Of a stretch of DNA of 64,000 nucleotides, positions 29,509 through 39,039 are shown piece after piece. A program made the translations under genes and the position numbers. The stretch's first letter is position 1, and every line of letters starts with the position of its first letter. The notes below the pieces were generated by a model that made no database searches, was not told the origin of the DNA, and saw only the letters and a program-made list of their open reading frames with translations. This DNA comes from Planctomycetota bacterium (GTDB lineage: Bacteria; Planctomycetota; UBA1135; UBA2386), in assembly GCA_039815565.1 (NCBI GenBank), contig JBCBZB010000009.1, positions 21,461 through 85,460 on the forward strand. Direction: 5' to 3'.

Positions 29509-31109
29509 TCTTCCTCCTCGATCGGAGCGGCAGTCTCGGGCGGGAAGCGAACGGTCCAGGTGAAGCGTCGCTCACCGCCGGACTCACTCGTCTTGGCCAC
29601 GACCTCGAAGCCCTCGGCCTTGAAGTCGCGGAGAAAGCGCGAATACGGCGGCCCCGTACCGCTCAGATCTTTGCCACGCCCCTCGAGCACGACGACCGTC
29701 TCTTCCTCGGATCGACGCCCCTCCATCGCCTTCTGCTGGACGCGCATCGACTCGATCCAGAACTCCGGCGGCTTGACCTTCCACAGCCCCTCGAGCACCG
29801 CGATCGCGGCGTCGCGAGGCAGCGACTGAGAAGCCAAAGAGACCAACTGGTCGCCGAGCGTCGAGACCTGCTCGATCTCCTCCTCAGCCTCACGGCTGAC
29901 GCGATCGATGGAGTTCTTGCGGCTGCGCAGACGGCGGGAAGCCGACTCGGCCTTCTCCGAGAGCGCCTGCCCGTCGATCGCAGCGAGCACCAAGAGCACG
30001 ACCCCGATGAGGCCCGCAGCGAGGTTGAACACCGTCCGCTGCATGAAGCGCTGCTTCTTGCGCTGCGCCTCGGGCAGGATCGACAACTGGTAGGCATCGT
30101 CGTCGATCGCCGTGATCGCCAATCCGAGCGCAACGACGGCCTCGTTGCGGAACACCTCGAGCTGGTTGTGCGCCTCTCCGTCCAGAGCGGACGTGTCCAC
30201 GGCCTCGAAGGGATCGAACACCTCCACCGGCACCCGAAGCGCCTCGCGGAGCATCCCCTTGAGTCCGCGCAGCCGGGACGAACCACCGCTGATCAGCACC
30301 TTGTCGAATTGGAGCGTCGCATCGCCAGTCTGCTTGCGTGAGAACGCCAGCGACGACTGGATCGCCGAGACGATCAAGGATCCGGCACCGCCGGCCGCGA
30401 CGGTCACCTTCTCGCTCTGACCCGACGCGTACCGACCCCGGCTCGCCGGGTCGAGATCGAGGAGCTCGCGCTTGAGCTGCTCGGCCTTTCGATCCTTGAC
30501 CGAGAACGCTTGCGCGATCGCGTCGTCGAACACCTTGCCGCCCTGCGACAGGTTCCGCACGCAGAGCAGGTCCGTCCCGCGAGCAATCGCGAGATCGATC
30601 GTCTCGTGACCGATATCGACCAGCGCGACCACCCCATCCTCTTCCGCAGAGCCGCAGCGGAGGAAGGCGTTGAACAGCGCGACACAGCGCGGCACGTGGT
30701 GACGGGTCTTGACGCCAAGTCCGAGTGCACTCTGTGAGCCTTCGTCGAGCGCGTCGTCCCGAGCGAAAGCGAGCAGGATCGTGTCCATGCCCCCTTGCTC
30801 GTCCTCGATCGGCAGCAGGTTGTAGTCCGCCGAGAGCGCCCCACCGGTCTGCCCTGACAGGTCTTCGATCTCGAGCTCCATCAGGTTCTGGAGCTGCCAG
30901 TCCGGAGACGGCGGCACCTGGCTGTAGCGGAGCGTCATCGATCGGCCGGACAGACCGAGAACGGCCGGCCCAGACGCGCGGCCGAGATCCGCTGAGTCCT
31001 TCGGACCCGCGGCGAAGCCGGTCAGCTGAAGACCGCGTTTGCCATCCTTGAGTTCGAGCCACCGGGCCGTCTTCGACCCGAGGTCCAGCGCTTGTGCAGT
31101 CCCACTCAT
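29505..31109 (-). CDS. pilM: Pilus assembly protein PilM fused to a PilN-like domain
   Basis: Actin-like motifs ALDLGS, VDIGHE, GGKVFD, ISGGSSRLRGL, ALGLA; then LSILP (PilN INLLP-like), TM helix and periplasmic domain. Confidence 0.85.
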   Translation of the reverse strand: MSGTAQALDLGSKTARWLELKDGKRGLQLTGFAAGPKDSADLGRASGPAVLGLSGRSMTLRYSQVPPSPDWQLQNLMELEIEDLSGQTGGALSADYNLLPIEDEQGGMDTILLAFARDDALDEGSQSALGLGVKTRHHVPRCVALFNAFLRCGSAEEDGVVALVDIGHETIDLAIARGTDLLCVRNLSQGGKVFDDAIAQAFSVKDRKAEQLKRELLDLDPASRGRYASGQSEKVTVAAGGAGSLIVSAIQSSLAFSRKQTGDATLQFDKVLISGGSSRLRGLKGMLREALRVPVEVFDPFEAVDTSALDGEAHNQLEVFRNEAVVALGLAITAIDDDAYQLSILPEAQRKKQRFMQRTVFNLAAGLIGVVLLVLAAIDGQALSEKAESASRRLRSRKNSIDRVSREAEEEIEQVSTLGDQLVSLASQSLPRDAAIAVLEGLWKVKPPEFWIESMRVQQKAMEGRRSEEETVVVLEGRGKDLSGTGPPYSRFLRDFKAEGFEVVAKTSESGGERRFTWTVRFPPETAAPIEEEE

Positions 31110-33163
31110 CGGCCGTCACCTCCGTTCGAATCTTCGCTCCCCGACCCACCAGCCAACTCGTTGGCGTAGTCCGACACCCAGGACGAGATCCCAGTCCCGT
31201 TCGGAAGTTCGGCGAACGCCTCAGCGAGGATCCGGAGGCGCGCGGCATGTGCCGTGTCTCCGAGCCCTTCGCGGCGCGCGAGTGCGCCTTCGAGAGCACC
31301 GCGTAGGGCGGTCAAACTCTCGCGCGTCCCGAACCGCTCGGCTCCCAACTCGGTCTCGAGCTCGGTGAGTCCATCGAGAACCCGGCGGTATCCGACGGGT
31401 GCGTCGAACAGCGTTGCCTCGTTGGCCTTCTCCCGCAGTGAAACCGCCCGCTGCTCGATCGTGGCCAGGAGTTCCGCGTTGCGTTGTCCTGCCTCTCGGA
31501 GCGCAGCATCGTCGTGCGGATAGCGCCGGGCGACGCGGTCCAGAAGGTCGAGCTTTTCACCCGCAGTCTCGACGCTCGCGGTCTGACGCAGCAGTTCGCG
31601 CGCGCGATTCGGCGATTCGCCGAACGAACTGCGAAGTTCGATCGAAGCCGGAGCCTCAAAGCTGAGTCCGTAGCTGTCGGGAAGACGCCGACCACGGACC
31701 GTGCAAGCACCGTCGGGCACCAGCATCAAGCGCGTCCGGCCGGAACCGACCAGGACCTCGACGACGTTGACCGCCTCAAAGTCCGGCGCTGGTGCTTCGA
31801 ACTCTTCCACACCCTCGGCCCGCGTGCGGAGACTGTCCGAGCCCGGGAGCCGCAGCTCGAAGGCCCCACCGTGGACGGCGAGCTGAAAGCCGTTCTGTTC
31901 TTCGTCGAGCACACTCGGCTCGAAGGTCAGCCCGGCATCGGAGGCGACGAGGAGCGACGTATCCGCGAGCGACTGCAAGAACGGATCGTCGCCGACGATC
32001 GGCAGGACCTCGAAGACCAACGGGTCTTCGAGCATGCGGAGACCGAAGTCGGTCCCCGCGCCTTCGAGGACCGAGCCCTTGCCCGACGGCATCTCGAGAG
32101 TCTCGACCGAACCACCGGTCGTCACGAAGACATCGTCGAACGCCGCCTCGGACTCGAGCCGCGGCAGGTAGGCGAGAAGTTCCACGTGTGCCGAGCGAGC
32201 CCCCTTCGGCACACCGACCTCAAATGCGACTTCCTCGAACCCGTCTTCGGCTCGCATCGGGCCCGTACCGGTCGTCCGAGGCTCGAAGTCCTCGTCATCC
32301 TCGGCCCCCTCGAAACGGACGCGGACGATCGCCCGCGCGTCGGCGTCCGTCGACAGGTGCGCCCCGACGCGAAGCTTCGCTTCTCGCTCGACGCGAACCG
32401 GACTGTTGGTGCGCGCGATCGCGAAACCGGACTCGATCGGTGCTTCACCGTCCTCGACCTCGGGGAGCCTCGCGACGAGACCGGTCCGTCCGGTGTTGGC
32501 CGATGCTCCGAACCCGAAGTCGAAGTCGACCGCAGCGGTGACGACGGCGAGGTTCCAATGCTCCGACTCGTCGTCCTCGAAGGTCGCGACGCCCTGCCCC
32601 AGCAGGTTGCCAGAGACCTTCAACGGCTGGACCCGACGCGAGCGACCTCCGCCGCCAGGTCCGCCACCGTCGGCAAACGGATCGACGACGACGACCACAG
32701 CGACCGCAGCGACGACCAGCAGCAACACCGCCGGCAGCAGGATCGACCGCTTCTTCTTGCCGGTCAGCCGCGAGGTGTCGACCGCAGAGATCGAGACATC
32801 CTCGACTCCGTCGTGGGACGCTCCGGCGACCGGCGCGGCAGCCGCACCACCACCCGCCGGGCTGGCGGCCGACGCGCGATGGAACCGCATCCGGGTCTTG
32901 CCGACGCGGAACTCGTCGCCGTGGCCGAGCGCGATCTCCTCGATCCGCTGGCCGTCGAGGAAGGTACCGTTCGTCGAACCGACATCACGGAGGACCGGTT
33001 GCCCGTCCTCCACGACGATCTCGGCATGACGCCCGGAACACTTGTCATCATCGAGGACGAGGTCGTTCGACGGCCTGCGACCGATCGAGAACTGCTCGGA
33101 CTGCAGTTCGACGATCTGCCCGGCCCGATCCCCGTCCAGGATCTCGAGCGTGTATTCGGTCAT
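31106..33163 (-). CDS. FHA domain membrane protein with periplasmic CBM-like domain
   Basis: FHA motifs IGR, SGRHA, DVGSTNGT; one TM helix; GNLL..FE...AAFDDV beta-sandwich. Confidence 0.85.
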   Translation of the reverse strand: MTEYTLEILDGDRAGQIVELQSEQFSIGRRPSNDLVLDDDKCSGRHAEIVVEDGQPVLRDVGSTNGTFLDGQRIEEIALGHGDEFRVGKTRMRFHRASAASPAGGGAAAAPVAGASHDGVEDVSISAVDTSRLTGKKKRSILLPAVLLLVVAAVAVVVVVDPFADGGGPGGGGRSRRVQPLKVSGNLLGQGVATFEDDESEHWNLAVVTAAVDFDFGFGASANTGRTGLVARLPEVEDGEAPIESGFAIARTNSPVRVEREAKLRVGAHLSTDADARAIVRVRFEGAEDDEDFEPRTTGTGPMRAEDGFEEVAFEVGVPKGARSAHVELLAYLPRLESEAAFDDVFVTTGGSVETLEMPSGKGSVLEGAGTDFGLRMLEDPLVFEVLPIVGDDPFLQSLADTSLLVASDAGLTFEPSVLDEEQNGFQLAVHGGAFELRLPGSDSLRTRAEGVEEFEAPAPDFEAVNVVEVLVGSGRTRLMLVPDGACTVRGRRLPDSYGLSFEAPASIELRSSFGESPNRARELLRQTASVETAGEKLDLLDRVARRYPHDDAALREAGQRNAELLATIEQRAVSLREKANEATLFDAPVGYRRVLDGLTELETELGAERFGTRESLTALRGALEGALARREGLGDTAHAARLRILAEAFAELPNGTGISSWVSDYANELAGGSGSEDSNGGDGR

Positions 33164-33513
33164 GGAGTCTCGAGGGGTCGGTGGATCCGCTCGACCGCGA
33201 ACGATCCACTGAAGCTGACGTCATCCTCGAATCCGGCCTTGGCGCGGACCCGGCCGACGCGGATGGAGGGAACACCACACGCCGACCTCGGAGAACTCGC
33301 GAGCGCCGAACCGGATCTCCGATCGTTTGGCCGGCGATGCCTGCCACCACGGGGACCCGGAGTCGAACGCGTGCGGAATCGCTCGCTCACCGGAGGACAG
33401 GGTGACGCTAGATGGCCGAGCCGGGTTTGTCCATCGTCTCCACAGCTGTTCCGCCGCCGAATCCGAGGCATCGAAGCCTTGCTTCCGAAGTCGGTTGCGG
33501 CAGCTTCTGGATC

Positions 33514-34251
33514 GTGGCCCGTCGCTACTACGTCGACCCCCTGCCTGCCCCCGGTCGGACTTCGCTCGAAGGCGACGTTCCGCACCACCTCCGCGTCGTA
33601 CGATCCCGGCCGGGAGACCCGATCGTTCTCTTCGATGGCCGAGGGTCCGAGGCGCTTGGATCGTTGGTCGAGCTGGGACGGAAATCAGCCACAATCGACG
33701 TCGAGAGCGTGAGAGAAGCCCGATTCGAGCCCGTAACCAGGGTCGAACTGGCGTTCCCGACCCCGAAGGGCAACCGCGCGGACTGGCTGTTCGAACACGG
33801 GACCGAGCTCGGTATCTCCCGCTTCCGCCCCCTGCGCACCCGTCGCAGTCGAACCGGTCGGGACAACACGGCGCAGACCCGCAGATCGGAGCGCCAGGAA
33901 CGTATCCTCCGGGCCGCCGCGGAGCAGTGCGACCGCGGCGTCCTTCCGACCCTCGACGCGGAGTGCGATCTCGAACACCTGGTCGCCGATCGCGACCTCC
34001 CCGCGGAGCGATACATCGCGGATCTCGTTGCCACACAAGCACTTGGGACGGCAAGCTCAAGGCGCGTGCTGCTCGTGGTCGGACCGGAAGGCGGGTTCGA
34101 GCGCGAGGAGGTGGAACTGCTCGATGCTCACGGCTTCTCTCCCGTTCAGCTCGGGAGCCTGACGCTGCGAGTCGAGACAGCCGCGCTCGTTGGATGCGCC
34201 CGGCTGCTCGCCGGGGAGAACGGCCGCTCAGCTTCCTCGGCGAACGAGTAG
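33514..34251 (+). CDS. rsmE: 16S rRNA m3U1498 methyltransferase RsmE
   Basis: HHLRVVR, TELGI, AAEQCDR, VGPEGGF, LGSLTLRVETA; GTG start inferred. Confidence 0.92.
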   Translation: MARRYYVDPLPAPGRTSLEGDVPHHLRVVRSRPGDPIVLFDGRGSEALGSLVELGRKSATIDVESVREARFEPVTRVELAFPTPKGNRADWLFEHGTELGISRFRPLRTRRSRTGRDNTAQTRRSERQERILRAAAEQCDRGVLPTLDAECDLEHLVADRDLPAERYIADLVATQALGTASSRRVLLVVGPEGGFEREEVELLDAHGFSPVQLGSLTLRVETAALVGCARLLAGENGRSASSANE

Positions 34252-34889
34252 AAGCTCGACCGGCCGAGAACCAGGTGGTCGAGCACCTCGACGCCGAGAA
34301 GCTCCCCGACTTCCCGGAGTCGATCCGTCACTCGCCGATCCTCGAGACTCGGAGTCGGATCACCGCTGGGGTGGTTGTGCGCCACCACGACCGCGTGCGC
34401 CCGTCGCTCGATCGCCTCCAGGAAGACCTCCCGCGGATGGACCGGCGCTCCGCTCAAGTGTCCGATCGAAACCGTATGGACCCCGCGCACCCGGTGCCGA
34501 GCATCGAGCGCAACCACCTGGAAGCTCTCTCGACGCAGCCGCCGCGTCCGCGCCCGAAGGAGTTGCGCGACCTCAGCTGGCCCCGAGACGAGCCGACCAT
34601 CCAACCACTTCGAGTGCAGCGTTCGTCGCGAGAGATCGAAGGCAGAAAGCAATCGCATCGCCCGCGCGGCACCGAGACCGGGCACGGTTCGAAGCTCGGA
34701 GTAGGACGCCGCCTCGAGCCCACCGAGACCGCCCAGACGCTCGATGAGCCGCTCGCAGAGCCGCGAGACCGACGCCCCGGGACGGCGTGTCGACAACAAC
34801 AGGCTGAGACACTCCAGGTCGGAAAGATGCTCGACTCCGAAGCACTGAAGTCGGTGTTCGGTGTCGGAACCGGGCTCGCGAGAGGACAT
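34146..34889 (-). CDS. radC: RadC/JAB domain protein
   Basis: LSDLECLSLLL, HhH VPGLG, VHPREVF, HNHPSGDPTPSLED, LDHLVLG. Confidence 0.93.
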   Translation of the reverse strand: MSSREPGSDTEHRLQCFGVEHLSDLECLSLLLSTRRPGASVSRLCERLIERLGGLGGLEAASYSELRTVPGLGAARAMRLLSAFDLSRRTLHSKWLDGRLVSGPAEVAQLLRARTRRLRRESFQVVALDARHRVRGVHTVSIGHLSGAPVHPREVFLEAIERRAHAVVVAHNHPSGDPTPSLEDRRVTDRLREVGELLGVEVLDHLVLGRSSFYSFAEEAERPFSPASSRAHPTSAAVSTRSVRLPS

Positions 34890-34974
34890 CCAACCCCCAG
34901 TGCGCGGAGCCCCCATTCAGTGACTCGGATTTTCAGGCTCTCGACCAGGCCGACCGATCCGCCAAGATGCACGC

Positions 34975-36387
34975 ATGCGAGTCTTCGCCCACGCCCCGAA
35001 CGCCGCACGGCGGATCCTCGAATCGACCGCTGTCCTCGCCCTGGTCGCTTGTGCCGGTAGCCCGGACACCACGTCGAGCAAAGCGTCCGCGAACGACCAA
35101 GCAGAAGAAGTGTTGGCCGACTCGTCGGTCGGGACGGAAGTCGTCCGCCGCAACCTCGACGAACTCGTCGTCTTGGTGGAGTTCGTCGCCGACCCGGAAC
35201 CTCAGAATCCAGAGCTTCCATCCTGGAAGGTCGGCGTGACGATCCGAACGCCGAACGGCGGAGTCGACACTCTGCGCACCAGTCAACCGATCGATCTTTC
35301 CGGGCCGCCATCCGACAAGGATGACCCGATCGAGCCCGGCGAGAACGCGGCCCCGGAAGGCGCTCCGCCCCTCGAGATCACTCGACGCGAGTTCCACGGG
35401 GTCGCGCCATTCGAGGTGTTCGAGGTCCCCCCCAGCCTTCCGGAGGACGTCGCCTACGCGGCGGTCTTCGGTTCCGACTGGAACCGCTCGATCGTGATCT
35501 CGCCGCCCTGGCTGGCAAAACCACTCGCCGGCTATCGCCGACTGGCCGGGAACGAGGACGAGCCGGTCGTCTGGGCCCGCGGCTTCGAGGGCGGGTTCGT
35601 CGAACGCTCGGAAGACGAGGAGTACCGAACCCTCCGGCTGAGCACGAAGATTCTCGACCCGTCCGTCGAAGTCGTTTGCGAGGGCCTCTACCCGACTCCC
35701 CTGACGGCGATGTGCGCGAACGGCGGCACGTTCTACTGGGCCCACGACCAGGTCCTGGTGATCACCGACCAGAACGGTACGCCGCGAAGCGCCGGACTCG
35801 CGCCCGGCAAGGTCCTGTCCATGGCGGCCGGCAGGAACCACCTGTTTGCGCTGTGCCGGCAAAGTGACACCAACCAGATCTACCGATGGCCGCTCGACGT
35901 TCTAGACGCGGCCGAGCGAGTGACCGAGGAGGAGCTTCCTGGCGCGACGAGCGCCATCGGCCTCTACACGACGCCAGCGCTCCCTCCGATTCCCGGCATC
36001 GAGCCGGACCTCAGCGGCCCGGGAGTCGTCGCTCTCCAGGCCGAGACCCTGGTCGGCGCGGCCCGCGCAGGCGAACTCGGCTCGTCCCCACTCGCCGCGC
36101 TGTTCGCTCACGGCCGACTCTGGGCCACCTTCACCGTCGGGGAACGGCGCACGGTCTGGATTGGCGAGATCGACACCGACTCGACCGTCGTCGCACGAGT
36201 GCAGAGGACCTCATCGGACGACCTCGCTCCCCCCGCAGTCGGTCTCGTGGCGCGTCCGGACGGCCGATTCTTCTGGACCCACTCCGAGCCGTTCGAGCAG
36301 GGCTTCCGTGGACGAATGATCGAGGCGATCTACGACTTCTCGATGGGTCTGAAGCCTCGACCACAAGTCGTCGAGGAGAGTCGTTGA
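34975..36387 (+). CDS. Hypothetical lipoprotein, possibly beta-propeller
   Basis: Lipobox LVAC; long ORF overlapping the recQ start by 4 nt. Confidence 0.65.
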   Translation: MRVFAHAPNAARRILESTAVLALVACAGSPDTTSSKASANDQAEEVLADSSVGTEVVRRNLDELVVLVEFVADPEPQNPELPSWKVGVTIRTPNGGVDTLRTSQPIDLSGPPSDKDDPIEPGENAAPEGAPPLEITRREFHGVAPFEVFEVPPSLPEDVAYAAVFGSDWNRSIVISPPWLAKPLAGYRRLAGNEDEPVVWARGFEGGFVERSEDEEYRTLRLSTKILDPSVEVVCEGLYPTPLTAMCANGGTFYWAHDQVLVITDQNGTPRSAGLAPGKVLSMAAGRNHLFALCRQSDTNQIYRWPLDVLDAAERVTEEELPGATSAIGLYTTPALPPIPGIEPDLSGPGVVALQAETLVGAARAGELGSSPLAALFAHGRLWATFTVGERRTVWIGEIDTDSTVVARVQRTSSDDLAPPAVGLVARPDGRFFWTHSEPFEQGFRGRMIEAIYDFSMGLKPRPQVVEESR

Positions 36388-38147
36388 GCTCCAGGTCGGT
36401 CGGCGACCTTCGGCAACCGCTGCACGAGCACTTCGGCTTCGACTCGTTTCGCGGTCCGCAGGAGGAGATCTGCAACCACGTCCTCGATGGCGACGATGCC
36501 GTCGTGATCATGGCGACCGGGGACGGCAAGTCGCTGTGCTACCAGCTGCCAGCCATGGTCAACGAGGGTTTGACCCTCGTCGTCTCCCCCCTGATCGCAC
36601 TGATGGACGACCAGGTGCACGCCCTGCAGCAGAAGGGACTGCCGGCAGCCCGCATCCACTCGAACCTGAGCGCAGAAGAACGTCGCACGACACTTGCCCG
36701 AGCACGCGACGGCGAGTTCCAGCTTCTCTACGTGACGCCGGAGCGCTTCCGCGTCGATGGGTTCCTTCGATCGATCTCGGACCTCGAAATCGATCTCTTC
36801 GCTGTCGACGAAGCACACTGCCTCAGCCACTGGGGGCATGACTTCCGACCCGGCTACCAGCAGCTCGGGCGAGTTCGAGCATCGCTCGGATCGCCACCGA
36901 CAATCGCACTGACCGCAACCGCAACGGAGGCGGTTCAGAAGGATATCCGCGAGTCGCTCGGCATCCCGGAAGCACGCCTTTGGCATACCGGTATCGACCG
37001 GCCAAACCTCTTCCTCGCGGGCGCGGAACGGAACGGCTTCGACCAGAAGCTTCAGCGTGCCTGCGAACTCGTCGAACGCATCTCCGGTCCGAAGATCGTC
37101 TACACGGCCCTGATCAAGGAGCTCCGTGCGATCGAAGAAGCCCTCCTCCGCAAGGGTCACAAGCCGCTCGTCTACCACGGCGCTCTATCGCCCGAAGAAC
37201 GCCGCCAGCAACAGGCGCGCTTCCTTTCAGACGAAGCCGAACTGGTTCTCGCCACCCCGGCCTTCGGCATGGGCGTCGACAAGAAAGACATCCGTCTGGT
37301 GTTCCACTGGCAGATGCCGAAGACGCTCGAGGCCTACTACCAGGAGATCGGCCGCGCGGGACGCGACGGACAGCCTTCGCTCTGCGAAATCTGCTTCGAC
37401 CCCGACGACCTCGCCGTGCAGCGGAACTTCGTCGAGTGGGCCAATCCGTCTCGCGACTTTTTGACCCGCGTGGTCACGACCCTCGCGGCTCTCGGTGATC
37501 GCGCAAGCGGCATCGACGAGGAGGGACTGAGAATCGAGCTCGGCCTCGAGAAGCGCAAACAAGACGGGCGCGTTGGCACGGCACTACGTCTTCTGCGCAC
37601 CGCCGGCATCACCGAGGGCGAACTCGGCCGCGGTCTACGGCTCCTGCGGGTGCCGGACACCGAAGAGCTCGACGAGTGGGTCCGCGAGGACAAACACGAC
37701 CAGGACCTGCGGGCGCTGTTGACGATGCTGCGCTACGCCCAGATGAACGGGGACGCGAGCGGGACCGTGGACGGAACCGAGTGCCGGCAGCAGGTACTGA
37801 ATCGCCACTTCGGCCTACCCGACGGTGACCCGTGCGGAGTCTGCGATGCGGAGCAGGCCACCGATGAGTGGCTCGAGGAGCACTTCCCGCCTGCGTCCCG
37901 AGCGACTCCCCGACCCATTCCGGAGAAGTCGACTCCGAAGGTCGATTCCACCGAGGAGACGATCCTGACCGGAGAGGACTTCCCGGTCGAGCGCGGCCAG
38001 TGGATCAAGGTCCGCGGCCAGGGACTCTGCGCGGTCACGCGCGTCTTCAAGACGCACCGCGGTTGGCGAGCGGAGGTGGAACGCGCTCGCGACCTCAAGT
38101 CGACGACGATCGACCTCTGGCGAGGCGGCTGGCAGATCGTCGAGTAG
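36384..38147 (+). CDS. recQ: RecQ family ATP-dependent DNA helicase
   Basis: FGFDSFRGPQ, TGDGKSLCYQLP, VDEAHCLSHWGHDFRP, TATA, AFGMGVDK, QEIGRAGRDG; TTG start inferred. Confidence 0.93.
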   Translation: MSSRSVGDLRQPLHEHFGFDSFRGPQEEICNHVLDGDDAVVIMATGDGKSLCYQLPAMVNEGLTLVVSPLIALMDDQVHALQQKGLPAARIHSNLSAEERRTTLARARDGEFQLLYVTPERFRVDGFLRSISDLEIDLFAVDEAHCLSHWGHDFRPGYQQLGRVRASLGSPPTIALTATATEAVQKDIRESLGIPEARLWHTGIDRPNLFLAGAERNGFDQKLQRACELVERISGPKIVYTALIKELRAIEEALLRKGHKPLVYHGALSPEERRQQQARFLSDEAELVLATPAFGMGVDKKDIRLVFHWQMPKTLEAYYQEIGRAGRDGQPSLCEICFDPDDLAVQRNFVEWANPSRDFLTRVVTTLAALGDRASGIDEEGLRIELGLEKRKQDGRVGTALRLLRTAGITEGELGRGLRLLRVPDTEELDEWVREDKHDQDLRALLTMLRYAQMNGDASGTVDGTECRQQVLNRHFGLPDGDPCGVCDAEQATDEWLEEHFPPASRATPRPIPEKSTPKVDSTEETILTGEDFPVERGQWIKVRGQGLCAVTRVFKTHRGWRAEVERARDLKSTTIDLWRGGWQIVE

Positions 38148-39038
38148 TCAACGCAACCTGCGTGGTTCACCGGCGTCGAGCCACTCGACGCGAAGTGTCT
38201 GCCCCGCGCGCTCCGCGGAGTCGCGAGCACGTCTCGTCACGAGCGCCACTCGACCCTCGCCGAGAACCTCGACCTGGTCGCCTCGAACCACGACCGCGGT
38301 CCGCTCGTCGACTCCCACGCCGACGGCCTCACCGATGCCCTCACCGATGCCCTCACCGATCGAATCTGCGCTAGCGTTCACCGCCAGCCGGAGTCGATGG
38401 AAGCGCCCACGCTGGGAGAAGTGCTGATCGACGATCACGCCCGGCCATAGCCCGAGCCCACCGACGATGCGGGGCGCGTCGCGGCCTCCCCCAATCATCG
38501 GGTCACTGACGATCGCGGCACCGGCGCTCGAACCACCGATGACACCACCGTCGTCCAAGAACTTCTGCAGGCGACTCTGGGTCTGCGTGTCTCGATAGGC
38601 ATCCGCCAGACGATTCTGATCGCCGCCGCCGATCCAGACCGCGTCCGCGGAATCGAGCAGGGCGACGAAGCCCTCCGAGTCCGACACTGCCCGATCACGC
38701 GTGTGGAGGAGCCGCACATCCGGAAAGCCCCGCCCGTTCCAGGTCTCGACGATCGAGGCCCTTCCGTCCTCCTCATCGGCTCGACGGCTGGCGGTCGGGA
38801 TCACCACCAGGGTCCCGCCTCGCGCGCCCGACGCCTCGGCGAAGGCATCGAACACCTCGTCCGGCAATCGACCGCCGCCACCGACGAACAGCGTACCTCC
38901 GCTCGCGGGCGCCGAATCGGCTCCGGGCGCGATCGAGCAAGCCCCGCTGATCAGCACGACCAACAGCAGGGCGGCCACAACGAACGGAGTCAGTACGCTC
39001 CGCACGCCGATTCGAATCGGCTGCGACGACGTGTTCAT
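38148..39038 (-). CDS. Cyanophycinase-like peptidase S51, lipoprotein
   Basis: Lipobox SGAC; IPTAS, GGGDQNRL, GSSAGA (Ser), DQHF (His), GVDE (Glu). Confidence 0.88.
   Translation of the reverse strand: MNTSSQPIRIGVRSVLTPFVVAALLLVVLISGACSIAPGADSAPASGGTLFVGGGGRLPDEVFDAFAEASGARGGTLVVIPTASRRADEEDGRASIVETWNGRGFPDVRLLHTRDRAVSDSEGFVALLDSADAVWIGGGDQNRLADAYRDTQTQSRLQKFLDDGGVIGGSSAGAAIVSDPMIGGGRDAPRIVGGLGLWPGVIVDQHFSQRGRFHRLRLAVNASADSIGEGIGEGIGEAVGVGVDERTAVVVRGDQVEVLGEGRVALVTRRARDSAERAGQTLRVEWLDAGEPRRLR
38327..38360. repeat. In-frame 12-bp tandem repeat (CCTCACCGATGC x2.8)
   Basis: Seen directly; encodes IGEGIGEGIGEA on the minus strand. Confidence 0.9.
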
Positions 39039-39039
39039 G

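Noticed and set aside
33164-33513. Riboswitch (e.g. c-di-GMP) upstream of the pilin operon
   Set aside because: Only a 7-bp inverted repeat (GTGGATC/GATCCAC, 33181-33209); no aptamer consensus recognised; an Rfam scan would be needed
34146-34889. radC as a mobile element marker
   Set aside because: Full-length chromosomal type with HhH region, next to rsmE; no mobility genes nearby
35886-36383. N-terminal extension of RecQ in the ORF track (likewise extensions of the ORFs 40031-41767, 14526-15935 and 25298-26299)
   Set aside because: These overlap neighbouring real genes; family similarity starts at the downstream start codons
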